Positions 38,840 through 49,009 are shown, numbered from the stretch's first letter. The stretch: DNA of 64,000 nucleotides from Candidatus Krumholzibacteriia bacterium (GCA_041484665.1 JBGPIA010000013.1:32001-96000), one strand, 5' to 3'. Translations and numbers: made by a program. The notes: generated by a model from the sequence alone, not told the origin.

Positions 38840-39996
38840 GTCAGCAGCGCGCCTTGGCGCTCATCTGGTTGATGTCGTTGAGCGGTACGACCGCCCCAGC
38901 GTGGGGGCAGCCGCTGGAACTGCGGGAGGGGTACTACCTCTATCTGGGCGACTACCCCTCCAACTCCAAACCGGACTGGGTGGAGGACGTGCAGGGTGTG
39001 GCGCACGATGCCAACAACTGGTTCATCACGAACACGTGGCGAGTGCAGAAGATTCCCGTGACCGGCGATCTCGACTCGTCGCCCGGCCCCGGATACATCG
39101 ACAGGTACCTCTGGCATTGCCAGGGCGTCTTCTGCAGCACCGACATGCCGGCGCTCTACAACGATGGCTACAGCCATATCGGCGACCCGGACTACTACCA
39201 GGTCGGCGCGCAGGGCTACCTGCTCGCGCCGGTCGAGGGTGGGCCGTCCCCGGGGATCGCCGCCTTTGATACCAGCGATCTCTCCTACATCGACCACGCC
39301 TACATGCCGGGCGCCGGAGGAGCGGCATGGTGCGCTGTGGATCGCGGGGGCTCTCTGTACACCTCGCAATTCACTGACGTGACGGCGATCATGCGTTGGG
39401 CAGTGGACTGGACCACTCTGCGTGACAGCGGGACGCTGGTGATGCTCAATCCGACGCCCCTCGACCTGCTGGACGCGACCGGCGCGCTCACGACACTCCA
39501 GCACGTGCAGGGCGGGGCGTTCTCACCCAGTGGACAGCGCCTTTACCTGGTCGCCGACGATCTCCATGTGTTCGACATGGTGACGCGGCGCCAGGTGCAG
39601 GTGTCGAGCAATGGATCGGGCATCTTCAATTTCCAATTCCATCCCGGCGATGGTGAGGAGCCAGAGGGAATTGCGTTCTGGGATCTGGACGACGGGCGCG
39701 CGCCCAACCTGTCGGGGCAGCTGCATGTGCTGCTGCTCGTCAACAGCTTCTTCGGGGACGCCATCTACTTCAAGCACTACACGGCCACGATCCGCGTCGA
39801 CGGCGCCTACGCTGGACCGCAGGATGGCACGCCCGCGAGGCCCTTCATGACTGTGGGTGCTGCGAACGCCGTGGCCTGGGATGGCTCGATCCTGCGCGTC
39901 CGCGCGGGCAGCTATCCCGAGACGCTGAGCTTCTCGCGCGTGATGACGGTGCAGGCTGACGGCGGGCCGGTCACCATCGGACAGCTGGCGCCGTAG
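38836..39996 (+). CDS. Secreted protein with shared C-terminal domain
   Basis: ATGA overlap; signal peptide; QGVAHD, HIGD, EPEGI; C-terminus similar to the upstream gene. Confidence 0.8.
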   Translation: MSQQRALALIWLMSLSGTTAPAWGQPLELREGYYLYLGDYPSNSKPDWVEDVQGVAHDANNWFITNTWRVQKIPVTGDLDSSPGPGYIDRYLWHCQGVFCSTDMPALYNDGYSHIGDPDYYQVGAQGYLLAPVEGGPSPGIAAFDTSDLSYIDHAYMPGAGGAAWCAVDRGGSLYTSQFTDVTAIMRWAVDWTTLRDSGTLVMLNPTPLDLLDATGALTTLQHVQGGAFSPSGQRLYLVADDLHVFDMVTRRQVQVSSNGSGIFNFQFHPGDGEEPEGIAFWDLDDGRAPNLSGQLHVLLLVNSFFGDAIYFKHYTATIRVDGAYAGPQDGTPARPFMTVGAANAVAWDGSILRVRAGSYPETLSFSRVMTVQADGGPVTIGQLAP

Positions 39997-40007
39997 GCAG
40001 CCGCCGT

Positions 40008-41123
40008 TCAGGAGCTCGCGTTCGCCAGCGCCGGCCTGGCCTCCCGCGCAGCCAGCTCCTGGTAGGCGCGGCGCAGCTGCGCGGTCACCGGGCCGGGCCG
40101 GCCACCGCCCACGTGGAGACCCTCCACGGTCACGACAGGGATGCAGTTGCGCGAAGCGCTGGTGAGAAACGCCTCGTCGAGCTCCGGCAGCTCGTCCAGC
40201 CGCGGCGAGCGCAGCTCCACGAGAATCCCGGCGGCGGCTGCAAGCTCCAGGATGAAGCTGCGGGTCACGCCCTCGAGCATGCCGGTCGCAGCCGTGACCA
40301 GCGCGCCACCGCGCACCGCGAAGAAGTTGGCGCTGGTGCACTCCAGGATGCCGCCGTCGTCGTCGACCAGCAGGTGCTCGAAGTAGCCGCGGTCGCCGGG
40401 CCCGGTGCCGCGGCGCTCGATCACCCAGCGCGCTTGCTTGATGCGCGGCGGTAAGCGGTGCTTGCCGAGCGCAATGCCCACCCCCACCCCGTCGCGTAGC
40501 TCCTCCGCGGACGGCTCATCGTGGGGCGAGATCGCCAGCAGCATGCGGCTGTCGGTGTCGAGTCCGTGGGGTGGCTGCGCGAGCACGTCGAAGCGCACGC
40601 GGGCGTCGACGGCGGTCGACGTGGCCCCGGCGGTCCCGACGGACCCTGCGCTCCCGACGGCCCCAGCAGTCCCTGCGGCCCCAGCGGTCGCGACGGTCCC
40701 TGCAATCCCTGCGGTCCCGACGGACCCATCCGTCCCTGCGTTCCACGCACGGCACGCCTCGTCCAGCGCGCGGGACAGCAGCGCACGGTCGAGGCGGTCC
40801 TTCCAGCCCAGCAGCGCCATCGAGCGGTCAGCGCGGTCCATGTGGCGCTCCAGGCCCAGGAAATAGCTCGCGCCGAAGGTGCGCAGCCCTTCGTAGATGC
40901 CCAGTGGCTGATCGTCGAGCAACTCATGCACGTCGCGGGCGCCGGCGGGAGGCTCGAGCGGGTGCGCGCCGTCGGGCGTGACTGCGTACAGCCGGACCGT
41001 GCCGTGCGGTCCCGCCGCTGCGACTGGCCGGGGCTTCCCAGCTGCCTTGGACTTGACGTCTCTCTTGGCCTTGCCCGCCCGCGCGCCGCCGCGGCGTGTC
41101 GGAGTGCCATCCTGCCCGCTCAC
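40008..41123 (-). CDS. Aminotransferase class IV (IlvE/PabC-like)
   Basis: GIYEGLRT, HMDR..RS, LECTSANFF, LEGVTR, DEAFLTSASR, GRPGPVT. Confidence 0.9.
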   Translation of the reverse strand: MSGQDGTPTRRGGARAGKAKRDVKSKAAGKPRPVAAAGPHGTVRLYAVTPDGAHPLEPPAGARDVHELLDDQPLGIYEGLRTFGASYFLGLERHMDRADRSMALLGWKDRLDRALLSRALDEACRAWNAGTDGSVGTAGIAGTVATAGAAGTAGAVGSAGSVGTAGATSTAVDARVRFDVLAQPPHGLDTDSRMLLAISPHDEPSAEELRDGVGVGIALGKHRLPPRIKQARWVIERRGTGPGDRGYFEHLLVDDDGGILECTSANFFAVRGGALVTAATGMLEGVTRSFILELAAAAGILVELRSPRLDELPELDEAFLTSASRNCIPVVTVEGLHVGGGRPGPVTAQLRRAYQELAAREARPALANASS

Positions 41124-41557
41124 GTCCGTCCTCCTCGCCAGGGGCGCGGGGTTTCGACGATCCGCGCGAACCCCGCTCCGAACACCATGCCCATCGCGCT
41201 GAACATATAAAGAAAGAGCCTGGCCTCGGGAGAAGCGAGCTGGCGGAGGCTTCCTCCGTGGTAGAGGACCACGATGGACGTGGGGACGATTCCCAGCAGC
41301 GCTGCTGCCAGGGCAAACAGAGCGGTTGCAGGACGGCCGCCGACCGCGCGGCGCAGGACGAGCAGAACGGGCAGGTCGACCACGACGATGGCGACGAGCG
41401 ACGGCAGGGCCGCAGAGTACAGGATGGGTATGAGATCTCCCCGCCCGATCCGCTGATGGTAGAGCACCGCCAGCGCGAGCACGTAGACGGCGATCCCGAC
41501 CGCCCACGACGCGAGGATCACCACCATCACGCCCACTGCCTGCAGGAGCGGCCGCAT
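41120..41557 (-). CDS. Hypothetical membrane protein
   Basis: Four hydrophobic segments; stop overlaps the next GTG. Confidence 0.65.
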   Translation of the reverse strand: MRPLLQAVGVMVVILASWAVGIAVYVLALAVLYHQRIGRGDLIPILYSAALPSLVAIVVVDLPVLLVLRRAVGGRPATALFALAAALLGIVPTSIVVLYHGGSLRQLASPEARLFLYMFSAMGMVFGAGFARIVETPRPWRGGRT

Positions 41558-41779
41558 GGATCGTATGGAACCGCCCTACGGCACCGGCTGTCAAGGAGTC
41601 GCGGCCTGCGGCCGGCACTGGTGTCGCAGGCCCTACGCCCAGCAGTGAGGTTGGCAGCGGTGGTGTCGGCGGTCATGGTGCCGCGTGACGCCTGCGCCGC
41701 GGTGCTGCTGCCGGGCTCCCCCTGCTGGCTTGACCCCCCAGCACCGGTCTTCTATCGTCGTCGCCGCAGAGGTCCCCCG

Positions 41780-42451
41780 ATGCCTTCGATCTACGGGCTG
41801 AAGCCGCGCTTCCAGGCGCTGCTGCGGCCGCTCGTCCCGGTGCTCGCTCGCGCGGGGCTCACGCCCAACGCCGTCACGCTCGCCGCGCTTGCGGGATCGA
41901 TCATCGTCGGAGTCGTGATCGCCTGCGTCACTGCCCCTGCGACCGAGGGGCTGCTCGTCATTTTTCCACCACCACCACGGACGGCGGTGCTGCTGCTGCT
42001 GCCCTTCTGGCTGGCGGTGCGAATGGCGCTCAACGCGCTGGACGGGATGATGGCGCGGGAGCTGCACCAGGCGTCGCGGCTGGGCGGCGCGCTCAATGAG
42101 ATCGGTGACGTGCTGGCCGACGTGGCGCTGTACCTGCCCCTGGCGCTGGTGCACCGTCCGTCGCTGTGGCCCGTCGTGGCCTTCACGCTCGGCGCCGCGC
42201 TGACCGAGTTCTGCGGGGTGTTGGGCGTGGCCCTGGGTGCGCGGCGCCAGTATGGAGGTCCCATGGGCAAGAGCGACCGAGCATCGCTCGTGGGAGCGCT
42301 CGCGTTGGCCACAGCGGTGGCGCCCAGGGCGCTAGCCGCCTGGCCGTGGATCTTCGCAGCGGCCGCGGCGCTCGCGGCACTGACGTGCTGGAACCGCGTC
42401 TGCGCTTCGCTCGCGTCGGCGCCGCCGCACGACGCGGGGTCGACAACATGA
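41780..42451 (+). CDS. CDP-alcohol phosphatidyltransferase (YnbA-like)
   Basis: SIYGLKPRFQ.LLRP, TPNAVT, RMALNALDGMMARE, NEIGD..AD, GPMGKSDRA. Confidence 0.92.
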   Translation: MPSIYGLKPRFQALLRPLVPVLARAGLTPNAVTLAALAGSIIVGVVIACVTAPATEGLLVIFPPPPRTAVLLLLPFWLAVRMALNALDGMMARELHQASRLGGALNEIGDVLADVALYLPLALVHRPSLWPVVAFTLGAALTEFCGVLGVALGARRQYGGPMGKSDRASLVGALALATAVAPRALAAWPWIFAAAAALAALTCWNRVCASLASAPPHDAGSTT

Positions 42452-42467
42452 GCCCGGGCCCCCACCC

Positions 42468-43412
42468 ATGAGCCTACCGGGCTTCGCCCACCCCATCTGG
42501 CGCATGGTCTGGATCGTCGGCGCCCTCCTGGTGCTCGCCAGCGTGGCGGTCGCGAGCCTGTGCGCGCTGCAACCGCGCAAAAACCACGCCGAGCTTACGG
42601 CGCGCGTGCGCGCCTGGTGGTTCATGGCTGCGGTGTTCTTCGCCGCGCTCGCGCTGTCCCCGGCCGTGCCCATCCTGCTGTTCGCATTCCTGAGCTTCTG
42701 GGCGCTGAAGGAGTATGTGACGCTGCTGCAGACCCGGCCGGCCGACCACCGCGTGCTGTTCTTCACGTTCCTGGCCGTCCCGGTGCAGTACTACTGGGTC
42801 CACACCGGCTGGTACGGGATGTTCGTGCTGTTCATCCCGGTGTACGTGTTCTTGCTCTTGCCGTTTGGGCTGGTGCTGACGCAGGAGACAGCCGGCTTCG
42901 TGGCGGCAGCCGCGCAGATCCAGTGGGGGATGATGGCGTTCGTGTTCGGTCTCAGCCATCTGGCCTACCTCACACGATTGCCTGTCGAGGCGGGCTTACC
43001 CGGCGTCGATGGCAAGACGCTGCTGGTGTTCCTGGCCTTCACCGTCGAGATGAGCGACGTGATGCAATACGTTTGGGGCAAGACGCTGGGCCGCCACCGG
43101 ATCCTGCCCGGCGTGAGCCCGAACAAGACCTGGGAGGGCTTGCTGGGCGGCATCGCCACGGCGACGGCGCTGAGCCTGGGTATCCGGTTCCTGACGCCCT
43201 TCTCCGTCGGCGAGACGCTGCTGGTGTCGGTGCTGATCACAGTTGCTGGCTTCTGCGGTGGCGCCGTCATGAGCGCGGTCAAACGCGACTTTGGCGTGAA
43301 GGATTTCGGCGGGCTGATCCCGGGTCACGGCGGCGTGCTCGACCGGGTCGACTCGCTGTGCTACGCGGCGCCGGTGTTCTTCCACTACGTGCGCTACTTC
43401 CACAGTCCGTGA
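42468..43412 (+). CDS. Phosphatidate cytidylyltransferase (YnbB/CdsA family)
   Basis: SDVMQY.WGK, SPNKTWEG, KRDFGVKD...IPGHGGVLDRVDS. Confidence 0.95.
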   Translation: MSLPGFAHPIWRMVWIVGALLVLASVAVASLCALQPRKNHAELTARVRAWWFMAAVFFAALALSPAVPILLFAFLSFWALKEYVTLLQTRPADHRVLFFTFLAVPVQYYWVHTGWYGMFVLFIPVYVFLLLPFGLVLTQETAGFVAAAAQIQWGMMAFVFGLSHLAYLTRLPVEAGLPGVDGKTLLVFLAFTVEMSDVMQYVWGKTLGRHRILPGVSPNKTWEGLLGGIATATALSLGIRFLTPFSVGETLLVSVLITVAGFCGGAVMSAVKRDFGVKDFGGLIPGHGGVLDRVDSLCYAAPVFFHYVRYFHSP

Positions 43413-44143
43413 TGGCGGAGTCCGAGGGGGGCCCAGTAGGTGGGGGCGGGGCGGGCGCGGGCACGGGAGCGGGCGCGGGCACGGGAGCGGGCGCGGACGC
43501 GACGGTGCGGCGGTCGCCGCTGGCGGACCTGCTCCAGCAGCTGGCGTTCCTGCTGATCTTGCGGCCGTTCCTCGCGCTGTTCGTCGGCCTGCGCGTGCGC
43601 GGGCGCGAGCACCTGCCCGCCGACGATCCCTTCATCTTGATCGCCAACCACTCCAGCCACCTCGATGCGGTCTCGCTGCTGAGCCTCTTTGCGCAGGGCC
43701 GGCTGCGCCGCATCCGGGCGGTGGCCGCCGCCGACACGTTCGAGCGCAACCGCTTCGTGTCGTGGGCTACGCGGACGTTCTTCAACACCCTGCCGATCGT
43801 TCGCCGCGAGATCACTCCCGAGAACGACCCGCGGCCACGGATGCTCGCGGCGCTGCGGGCAGGGCAGTCGCTGATCCTGTTCCCGGAGGGAACGCGCAGC
43901 CGAGATGGCGAGATCGGGCCGTTCCGCACCGGCGTGGCGTGGCTCGTCGAGCGGATGCCCGCCGTCCCGGTCGTGCCCGCCTACCTGGTCAACATGGGTC
44001 GCAGCTTGCCCAAAGGGGAGTTCCTACCCGTGCCGTTCTTCTGCGAGGTACGGTTGGGGGCGCCGCTGCGTCCACGTGGCGGCCAGGAGGAGATTCTGGC
44101 CGAGCTGGAGTCGGCGGTGCGGCGGCTGGCACGGGGAGAGTGA
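43412..44143 (+). CDS. Lysophospholipid acyltransferase (PlsC family)
   Basis: ANHSSHLD, FPEGTRS, VPVVP. Confidence 0.93.
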   Translation: MAESEGGPVGGGGAGAGTGAGAGTGAGADATVRRSPLADLLQQLAFLLILRPFLALFVGLRVRGREHLPADDPFILIANHSSHLDAVSLLSLFAQGRLRRIRAVAAADTFERNRFVSWATRTFFNTLPIVRREITPENDPRPRMLAALRAGQSLILFPEGTRSRDGEIGPFRTGVAWLVERMPAVPVVPAYLVNMGRSLPKGEFLPVPFFCEVRLGAPLRPRGGQEEILAELESAVRRLARGE

Positions 44144-44265
44144 GAACGGGGGAGAGCATGAGGCCGGGGAGCAGCGCGAGGCTGGGGAGTAGCGCGAGGC
44201 TGGGGAGGAAGCGCGAAACCGGGGAGCAGCGCGCAGCCAGGGTCGTCGCAGGAGTGCGCGGTGGA

Positions 44266-44304
44266 CTGCACGGCAAAATGCTCAATGCACTGAGCAATCT
44301 GACG
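44266..44304. repeat. Dispersed repeat (copy at 48892-48930) with TGCTCA-N6-TGAGCA core
   Basis: CTGCACGGCAAAATGCTCAATGCACTGAGCAATCTGACG versus CTGCACGGCAAAATGCTCAATGCGCTGAGCAATTTGACG. Confidence 0.85.
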
Positions 44305-44346
44305 GGCTCCGCAAGTGTCGCACGATCTGCCGCTGCGAGTGGACAC

Positions 44347-45072
44347 TCAACCCTTGACGAGCTGCTCCGCGCTGCCAGCCACGACCTCGACAGGTCGGCT
44401 GGACGTTTGCAGGACATGCTTCGCCATCTGGTAGGCTGGCGTACGCTCGGCCAGCAGCGACGTCAGGCGCTCCATTGCTCTCGGGTCGCCCTCCATGGGC
44501 CGACGGTCCCCCTGCGCGACCACCCGGTTCCAGTGGTCCTCGGGACGTGCCTTCAACCAGACCGTCACAGTGCTCTGGCGCAGCAGCTCGTAGGTGATGG
44601 GATCGGTCACGATGCCCCCAGTGGTCGCCAACACCGCGCGGCTCGTGGTGGCCAGGAACTGCTGAAGCGCCTCCCGCTCGTACTGGCGGAAGGCGGGTTC
44701 GCCATGCAGCTGCCAGATCTCGCCCAACGACAGCCCGGCAGCCTGTTCGATCAACGCGTCCAGCTCGACGAAGGGCACACCGAGACGCTCGCCCAGCAAC
44801 TTCCCGACCGTGGACTTGCCCGCGCCGCGCAGGCCCAGCAGGGCGATGATCTCGCTGCGGGCCGTCAGCAGAGACGCCGGCGAGGTCTCGAAAGCGCGGG
44901 CGATCTCGGAAAAGCTGCGCAGGGACGGGTTACCCCGGCCCGCCTCGACCTGGGCCAGGAACCGCTCGGACAGGCCGCAGCGCTGGGCCAGCTCGCGGCG
45001 GCTCCAGCCTTTCTCCCGGCGCAAGCGGCGGATCCGAGCCCCGACCTCGCTCAGGATGTCGATCGTAGTCAC
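44347..45072 (-). CDS. boxR: BoxR/BzdR-family regulator (XRE HTH + shikimate-kinase-like domain)
   Basis: SRRELA..CGLSERFLAQVE.G.GNPS; IALLGLRGAGKSTVG; WLKA.PEDHW.RV..QGD.RPM; divergent from boxC. Confidence 0.9.
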   Translation of the reverse strand: MTTIDILSEVGARIRRLRREKGWSRRELAQRCGLSERFLAQVEAGRGNPSLRSFSEIARAFETSPASLLTARSEIIALLGLRGAGKSTVGKLLGERLGVPFVELDALIEQAAGLSLGEIWQLHGEPAFRQYEREALQQFLATTSRAVLATTGGIVTDPITYELLRQSTVTVWLKARPEDHWNRVVAQGDRRPMEGDPRAMERLTSLLAERTPAYQMAKHVLQTSSRPVEVVAGSAEQLVKG

Positions 45073-45077
45073 GATAA

Positions 45078-45133
45078 TGCACTATAGTGCACAACAACAA
45101 CCTATACCATGAGATTTTCTCCAGTATAGTGCT
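45078..45133. promoter_or_regulatory. BoxR/BzdR-type operator(s)
   Basis: Perfect palindrome TGCACTATAGTGCA (45078-45091) and degenerate TCCAGTATAGTGCT (45120-45133); TGCA-N6-TGCA fits the family's TGCA sites. Confidence 0.75.
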
Positions 45134-45226
45134 TGATGCTGCCACCCTGCGTCTCTACCATGTCCTGACCATCCGACGAGTGGCCTGCCGGCCCCCCGAA
45201 CACCAACGCCCGCGGACGCCTACGCC

Positions 45227-46882
45227 ATGACCACCTTTGAGACCCATCCCGATCGCTATCTGCACTGGAAGCTCCAGGTGGACGGCCCCGTCGCGCGCCT
45301 GTTGATGAACGTCGATCCCGAGAAGCCGCACCGGCCGGGCTACGTGCTCAAGCTCAACTCCTACGACCTGGGCGTGGACATCGAGTTGAGCGACGCGGTA
45401 CAACGCCTGCGCTTCGAGCACCCCGCAGTGCGCGTCGTGGTCGTCACCTCGGCCAACCCGCGCATCTTCTGCGCCGGCGCGAATATCATGATGCTCGGAT
45501 CGTCGACGCATCCCTTCAAAGTGAACTTCTGCAAGTTCACCAACGAGACGCGATGCGCAATCGAGGATGCCAGCGTCCACTCGGGCCAGAGGTACATTGC
45601 AGCCGTGAACGGCACGGCGTCGGGCGGGGGCTACGAGCTCGCCATCGCCTGTGACGAGATCTACCTGGTCGACGACGGCAACTCCGCGGTGTCGCTGCCG
45701 GAGGTTCCGCTGCTGGGCGTCCTGCCCGGCACGGGTGGCCTCACGCGCTTGGTCGACAAGCGCAAGGTGCGCCGTGACCTGGCCGACGTGTTCTCGACGC
45801 TGGCCGAGGGTGCCAAGGCCAAGAAGGCGCAGGAGTGGGGGCTGATCGACGGATCCTTTCCGCGCACGAAGTTCGATCAGGCGATCGCCGATCGCGCCGC
45901 CGCCCTCGCCCGCGAGGTCGCGCAGCAGAACGCGCAACGCCTGCCGGGCAAGGACGACGCCAAGGGCATCACGCTCACGGCGCTCGCGCCCAAGGTCACC
46001 GACACGCGCCTGGAGTATCGCCATGTGACGGTCGCAATCGACCCCAAGGCCCGCACCGCGGAGATTACGATCGCCGGCCCCGAGGACCGCCCGCCTGCCA
46101 GCGTCGCCGACCTGCACCGCGCCGGCGCCGATGCTTGGGCGCTGCACGCCTTCCGCGAGCTGGAGGACGCGATCTGCCGGCTGCGGTTGGACTTTGCGGA
46201 GATCGGCCTGCTGCAGATCAAGACCCGCGGCGACATCGACAAGGTAATCGCGCACGGCAACTTCCTCGCCGCGCACCGCAGCGACTGGCTCGTGAACGAG
46301 ATCGTGCTGCTGGCGGCGCGCGCGCTGCGCCGCCTCGACGTGACGGCCAAGAGCCTGTTCGCCATCGTCGAGCCCGGCAGCTGCTACGGCGGCCTGCTGC
46401 TCGAGGCGGCGCTGGCCTGCGACCGCATCTACATGCTCAACGAGAGCGACAAGCCGGCGTATCTGGCGCTGGACGTGCTGAACGGCGGCGCGCTGCCCAT
46501 GGCCCACGGCCTCACCCGCCTGCAGTCGCGCTTCCTGGCGAAGCCGGAGCACGCCGCCAGGCTTGCCGCCGAGCGTCCCAAGCTCGATGCTGGCCAGGCG
46601 CTGGCCGCCGGCATGGTCACAGCTGCGCCCGACCAGATCGACTGGGACGACGAAGTGCGCGTGGCGATCGAAGAGCGCTGCTCCCTGTCGCCCGACGCGC
46701 TCACGGGCATGGAGGCCTCGCTGCGCTTCGGTGGCCCGGAGACGCTGGATTCCAAGATCTACGGCCGGCTGTCGGCCTGGCAGAACTGGATCTTCATCCG
46801 CCCCAACGCCGTGGGGGAGAGCGGGGCGCTCAAGCTCTACGGTCAGCCCGAACGCCCGAAGTTCGACTGGCGCAGGACATGA
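45227..46882 (+). CDS. boxC: 2,3-epoxybenzoyl-CoA dihydrolase
   Basis: FETHPDRYLHWKL, LKLNSYDLGVDIEL.DAVQRLRFEHP, SPDALTGMEA.LRF.GPET, AWQNWIF.RPNAVG. Confidence 0.96.
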   Translation: MTTFETHPDRYLHWKLQVDGPVARLLMNVDPEKPHRPGYVLKLNSYDLGVDIELSDAVQRLRFEHPAVRVVVVTSANPRIFCAGANIMMLGSSTHPFKVNFCKFTNETRCAIEDASVHSGQRYIAAVNGTASGGGYELAIACDEIYLVDDGNSAVSLPEVPLLGVLPGTGGLTRLVDKRKVRRDLADVFSTLAEGAKAKKAQEWGLIDGSFPRTKFDQAIADRAAALAREVAQQNAQRLPGKDDAKGITLTALAPKVTDTRLEYRHVTVAIDPKARTAEITIAGPEDRPPASVADLHRAGADAWALHAFRELEDAICRLRLDFAEIGLLQIKTRGDIDKVIAHGNFLAAHRSDWLVNEIVLLAARALRRLDVTAKSLFAIVEPGSCYGGLLLEAALACDRIYMLNESDKPAYLALDVLNGGALPMAHGLTRLQSRFLAKPEHAARLAAERPKLDAGQALAAGMVTAAPDQIDWDDEVRVAIEERCSLSPDALTGMEASLRFGGPETLDSKIYGRLSAWQNWIFIRPNAVGESGALKLYGQPERPKFDWRRT

Positions 46883-46981
46883 CCCGGCACGCATGACCAG
46901 CGTGCGGCCCACCGGTCGGCCGCCGCACTCCGACGGCGACACGCGACCCGACGGCGACACGCGACACAGGAGAACCTGACG

Positions 46982-48394
46982 ATGTCGATCGACCTCGAAG
47001 GCAAGATCCCCAACAACGTCGACCTCAAGAACGACCCCAAGCTCCTGCGCGCGCTCGAGCACTGGCAGCCGAAGTACCTGGAGTGGTGGATGGACATGGG
47101 GCCGTCTGACTTCTACAACCACGACATCTACCTGCGCACCGCAGTCGGCGTAGGCAAGGGCGGCTGGGCCAACTTCGACTATGTGCGCATGCCCGAGTAT
47201 CGCTGGGGGATCTTCCTGGCCGAGGGCGAGGCTGCCCGCAAGATCCACTTCGGCGACCCGCTGGGCGAGCCCGCGTGGCAGGTCGTCCCCGGCGAGCTGC
47301 GCAACCGCCTGCGCCGCCTCATCGTCACGCAAGGCGACACCGAGCCCGCCTCCGTGGAGCAGCAGCGCCAGCTCGGACACACCGCGCCATCGCTCATCGA
47401 CCTGCGCAATCTCTTCCAGGTGAACGTGGAGGAGGGCCGCCACCTCTGGGCGATGGTCTACCTGCTCCAGAAGTACTTTGGGAGCGATGGCCGCGACGAG
47501 GCCGAGGACTTGCTGCGCCGCCGCTCGGGCAATCCGGACAATCCGCGCATCCTGCAGGCCTTCAACAAGCCAGTACAGGACTGGCTGACCTTCTTCTGCT
47601 TCACAACCTTCACCGACCGCGATGGCAAGTACCAACTCGCCGCTCTGGCCGAGAGCGGCTTCGATCCGCTGGCGCGCACTACGCAGTTCATGCTCACCGA
47701 GGAGGCGCACCACCTGTCCGTCGGCGAGAACGGCGTGGGCCGCGTCGTCCAGCGTACCGCCGAGCTGATGCAGCAGGGCGTCGATCCGCGCAAGGTGGGC
47801 GCCATCCCGCTGGACATGGTGCAGCGCTACATCAACGAGTGGTCCACGGCGAGCTACGACCTGTTCGGCGGCGAAGACAGCAGCAACGCCGCGGAGGCCT
47901 TTGCCTGCGGGCTCAAGGGCCGCTACCGCGAGGGGGACGGCCTCTACAAGGACCCCAAGGCGCTCGAGCAGGTGTACACGGCGCAGGCCGAAGAGAACGG
48001 CCGGCTGGTCACGCTCGAGATTCCGCTGCGCCGGGCCATGAACGCGCTGCTGCTCGATGCGTACCATGCCGACTCCGCACGCATCGCCGACCGCTGGAAC
48101 CGCATCCTGGCGCGCTACGGGGTTGGCACGAAGCTGGTGCTGCCCAGCGTGCGCTTCAACCGCCAGATCGGTATCCACGCCGGCAAGTGGTACAACCCGG
48201 GTGGCGAGCCGATCGGCAAAGAGGAGTGGGACCGACGCCAGAGTGAGTGGTTCCCCGGCGACGCGGATCGCACCTACGTTCGGTCGTGCATGGTGCCGGC
48301 GCTGGAGCCAGGCAAGTTCGCCAACTGGATCGCCCCGCCAGCGCAGGGAATCAACGAGCGGCCGGTGGAATTCGAGTACGTGAAGCTGCACTAG
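46982..48394 (+). CDS. boxB: Benzoyl-CoA 2,3-epoxidase diiron subunit
   Basis: KIPNNVDL, QGDTEPASVEQQ, VNVEEGRHLW, TDRDGKYQL, MLTEEAHH, WIAPP..GIN. Confidence 0.97.
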   Translation: MSIDLEGKIPNNVDLKNDPKLLRALEHWQPKYLEWWMDMGPSDFYNHDIYLRTAVGVGKGGWANFDYVRMPEYRWGIFLAEGEAARKIHFGDPLGEPAWQVVPGELRNRLRRLIVTQGDTEPASVEQQRQLGHTAPSLIDLRNLFQVNVEEGRHLWAMVYLLQKYFGSDGRDEAEDLLRRRSGNPDNPRILQAFNKPVQDWLTFFCFTTFTDRDGKYQLAALAESGFDPLARTTQFMLTEEAHHLSVGENGVGRVVQRTAELMQQGVDPRKVGAIPLDMVQRYINEWSTASYDLFGGEDSSNAAEAFACGLKGRYREGDGLYKDPKALEQVYTAQAEENGRLVTLEIPLRRAMNALLLDAYHADSARIADRWNRILARYGVGTKLVLPSVRFNRQIGIHAGKWYNPGGEPIGKEEWDRRQSEWFPGDADRTYVRSCMVPALEPGKFANWIAPPAQGINERPVEFEYVKLH

Positions 48395-48434
48395 CTGCGG
48401 CGCAAAGGCGCGACCCGGCCGCCGAGGAGCAACG

Positions 48435-48773
48435 ATGGAAGCGGGCAAGCGTCTCGTCTACGTGTGCGAGGGCGGCGACTGCTCGGAGAAGGGCAGCGTC
48501 GAGCTGCACAACGAGCTGAAGGGAATGTTGGAGGAACGCGACACGGCGTGTACGAACAGGATGAGGAAGTATCCCTGCTTCGGTGGCTGTGAGCACGGAA
48601 TCAACGTCGTGCTGTTCCCCGACAAGGTCTTCTATAGCAAGGTGAAGCTGGGCGACCTGGCCGAGATCGTCGATCATCTGGTGGGCGACGGCGACGTCGT
48701 GCAGCGGCTGACCGGCGTCGTGCCCAAGGACGTCGAGCAGATCACGTGGGATCTCCTCGACACGGGCTTCTAG
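48435..48773 (+). CDS. Thioredoxin-like [2Fe-2S] ferredoxin (NuoE-type fold)
   Basis: VYVCEGGDC...CFGGC..G.NVV.FPD..FY..V...D..EIV.HL. Confidence 0.88.
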   Translation: MEAGKRLVYVCEGGDCSEKGSVELHNELKGMLEERDTACTNRMRKYPCFGGCEHGINVVLFPDKVFYSKVKLGDLAEIVDHLVGDGDVVQRLTGVVPKDVEQITWDLLDTGF

Positions 48774-49009
48774 CCGCTGGCAATCCGGTAGCCGCTGGCA
48801 ATCCGGACGCGGACCGCGGGGGCGGAGCACCGATCGACCCAACCCCAGCGCAAAGGAGAGCGCGGAGAGACTCGCAGCGAAGCGTTGGCGGCCTGCACGG
48901 CAAAATGCTCAATGCGCTGAGCAATTTGACGGTCACCACAGATATCGCAAGATATCGCACGATGTCGCATGACTGTCGTCGCACCCTAGCCGAGGAACCG
49001 AGCATCGCC

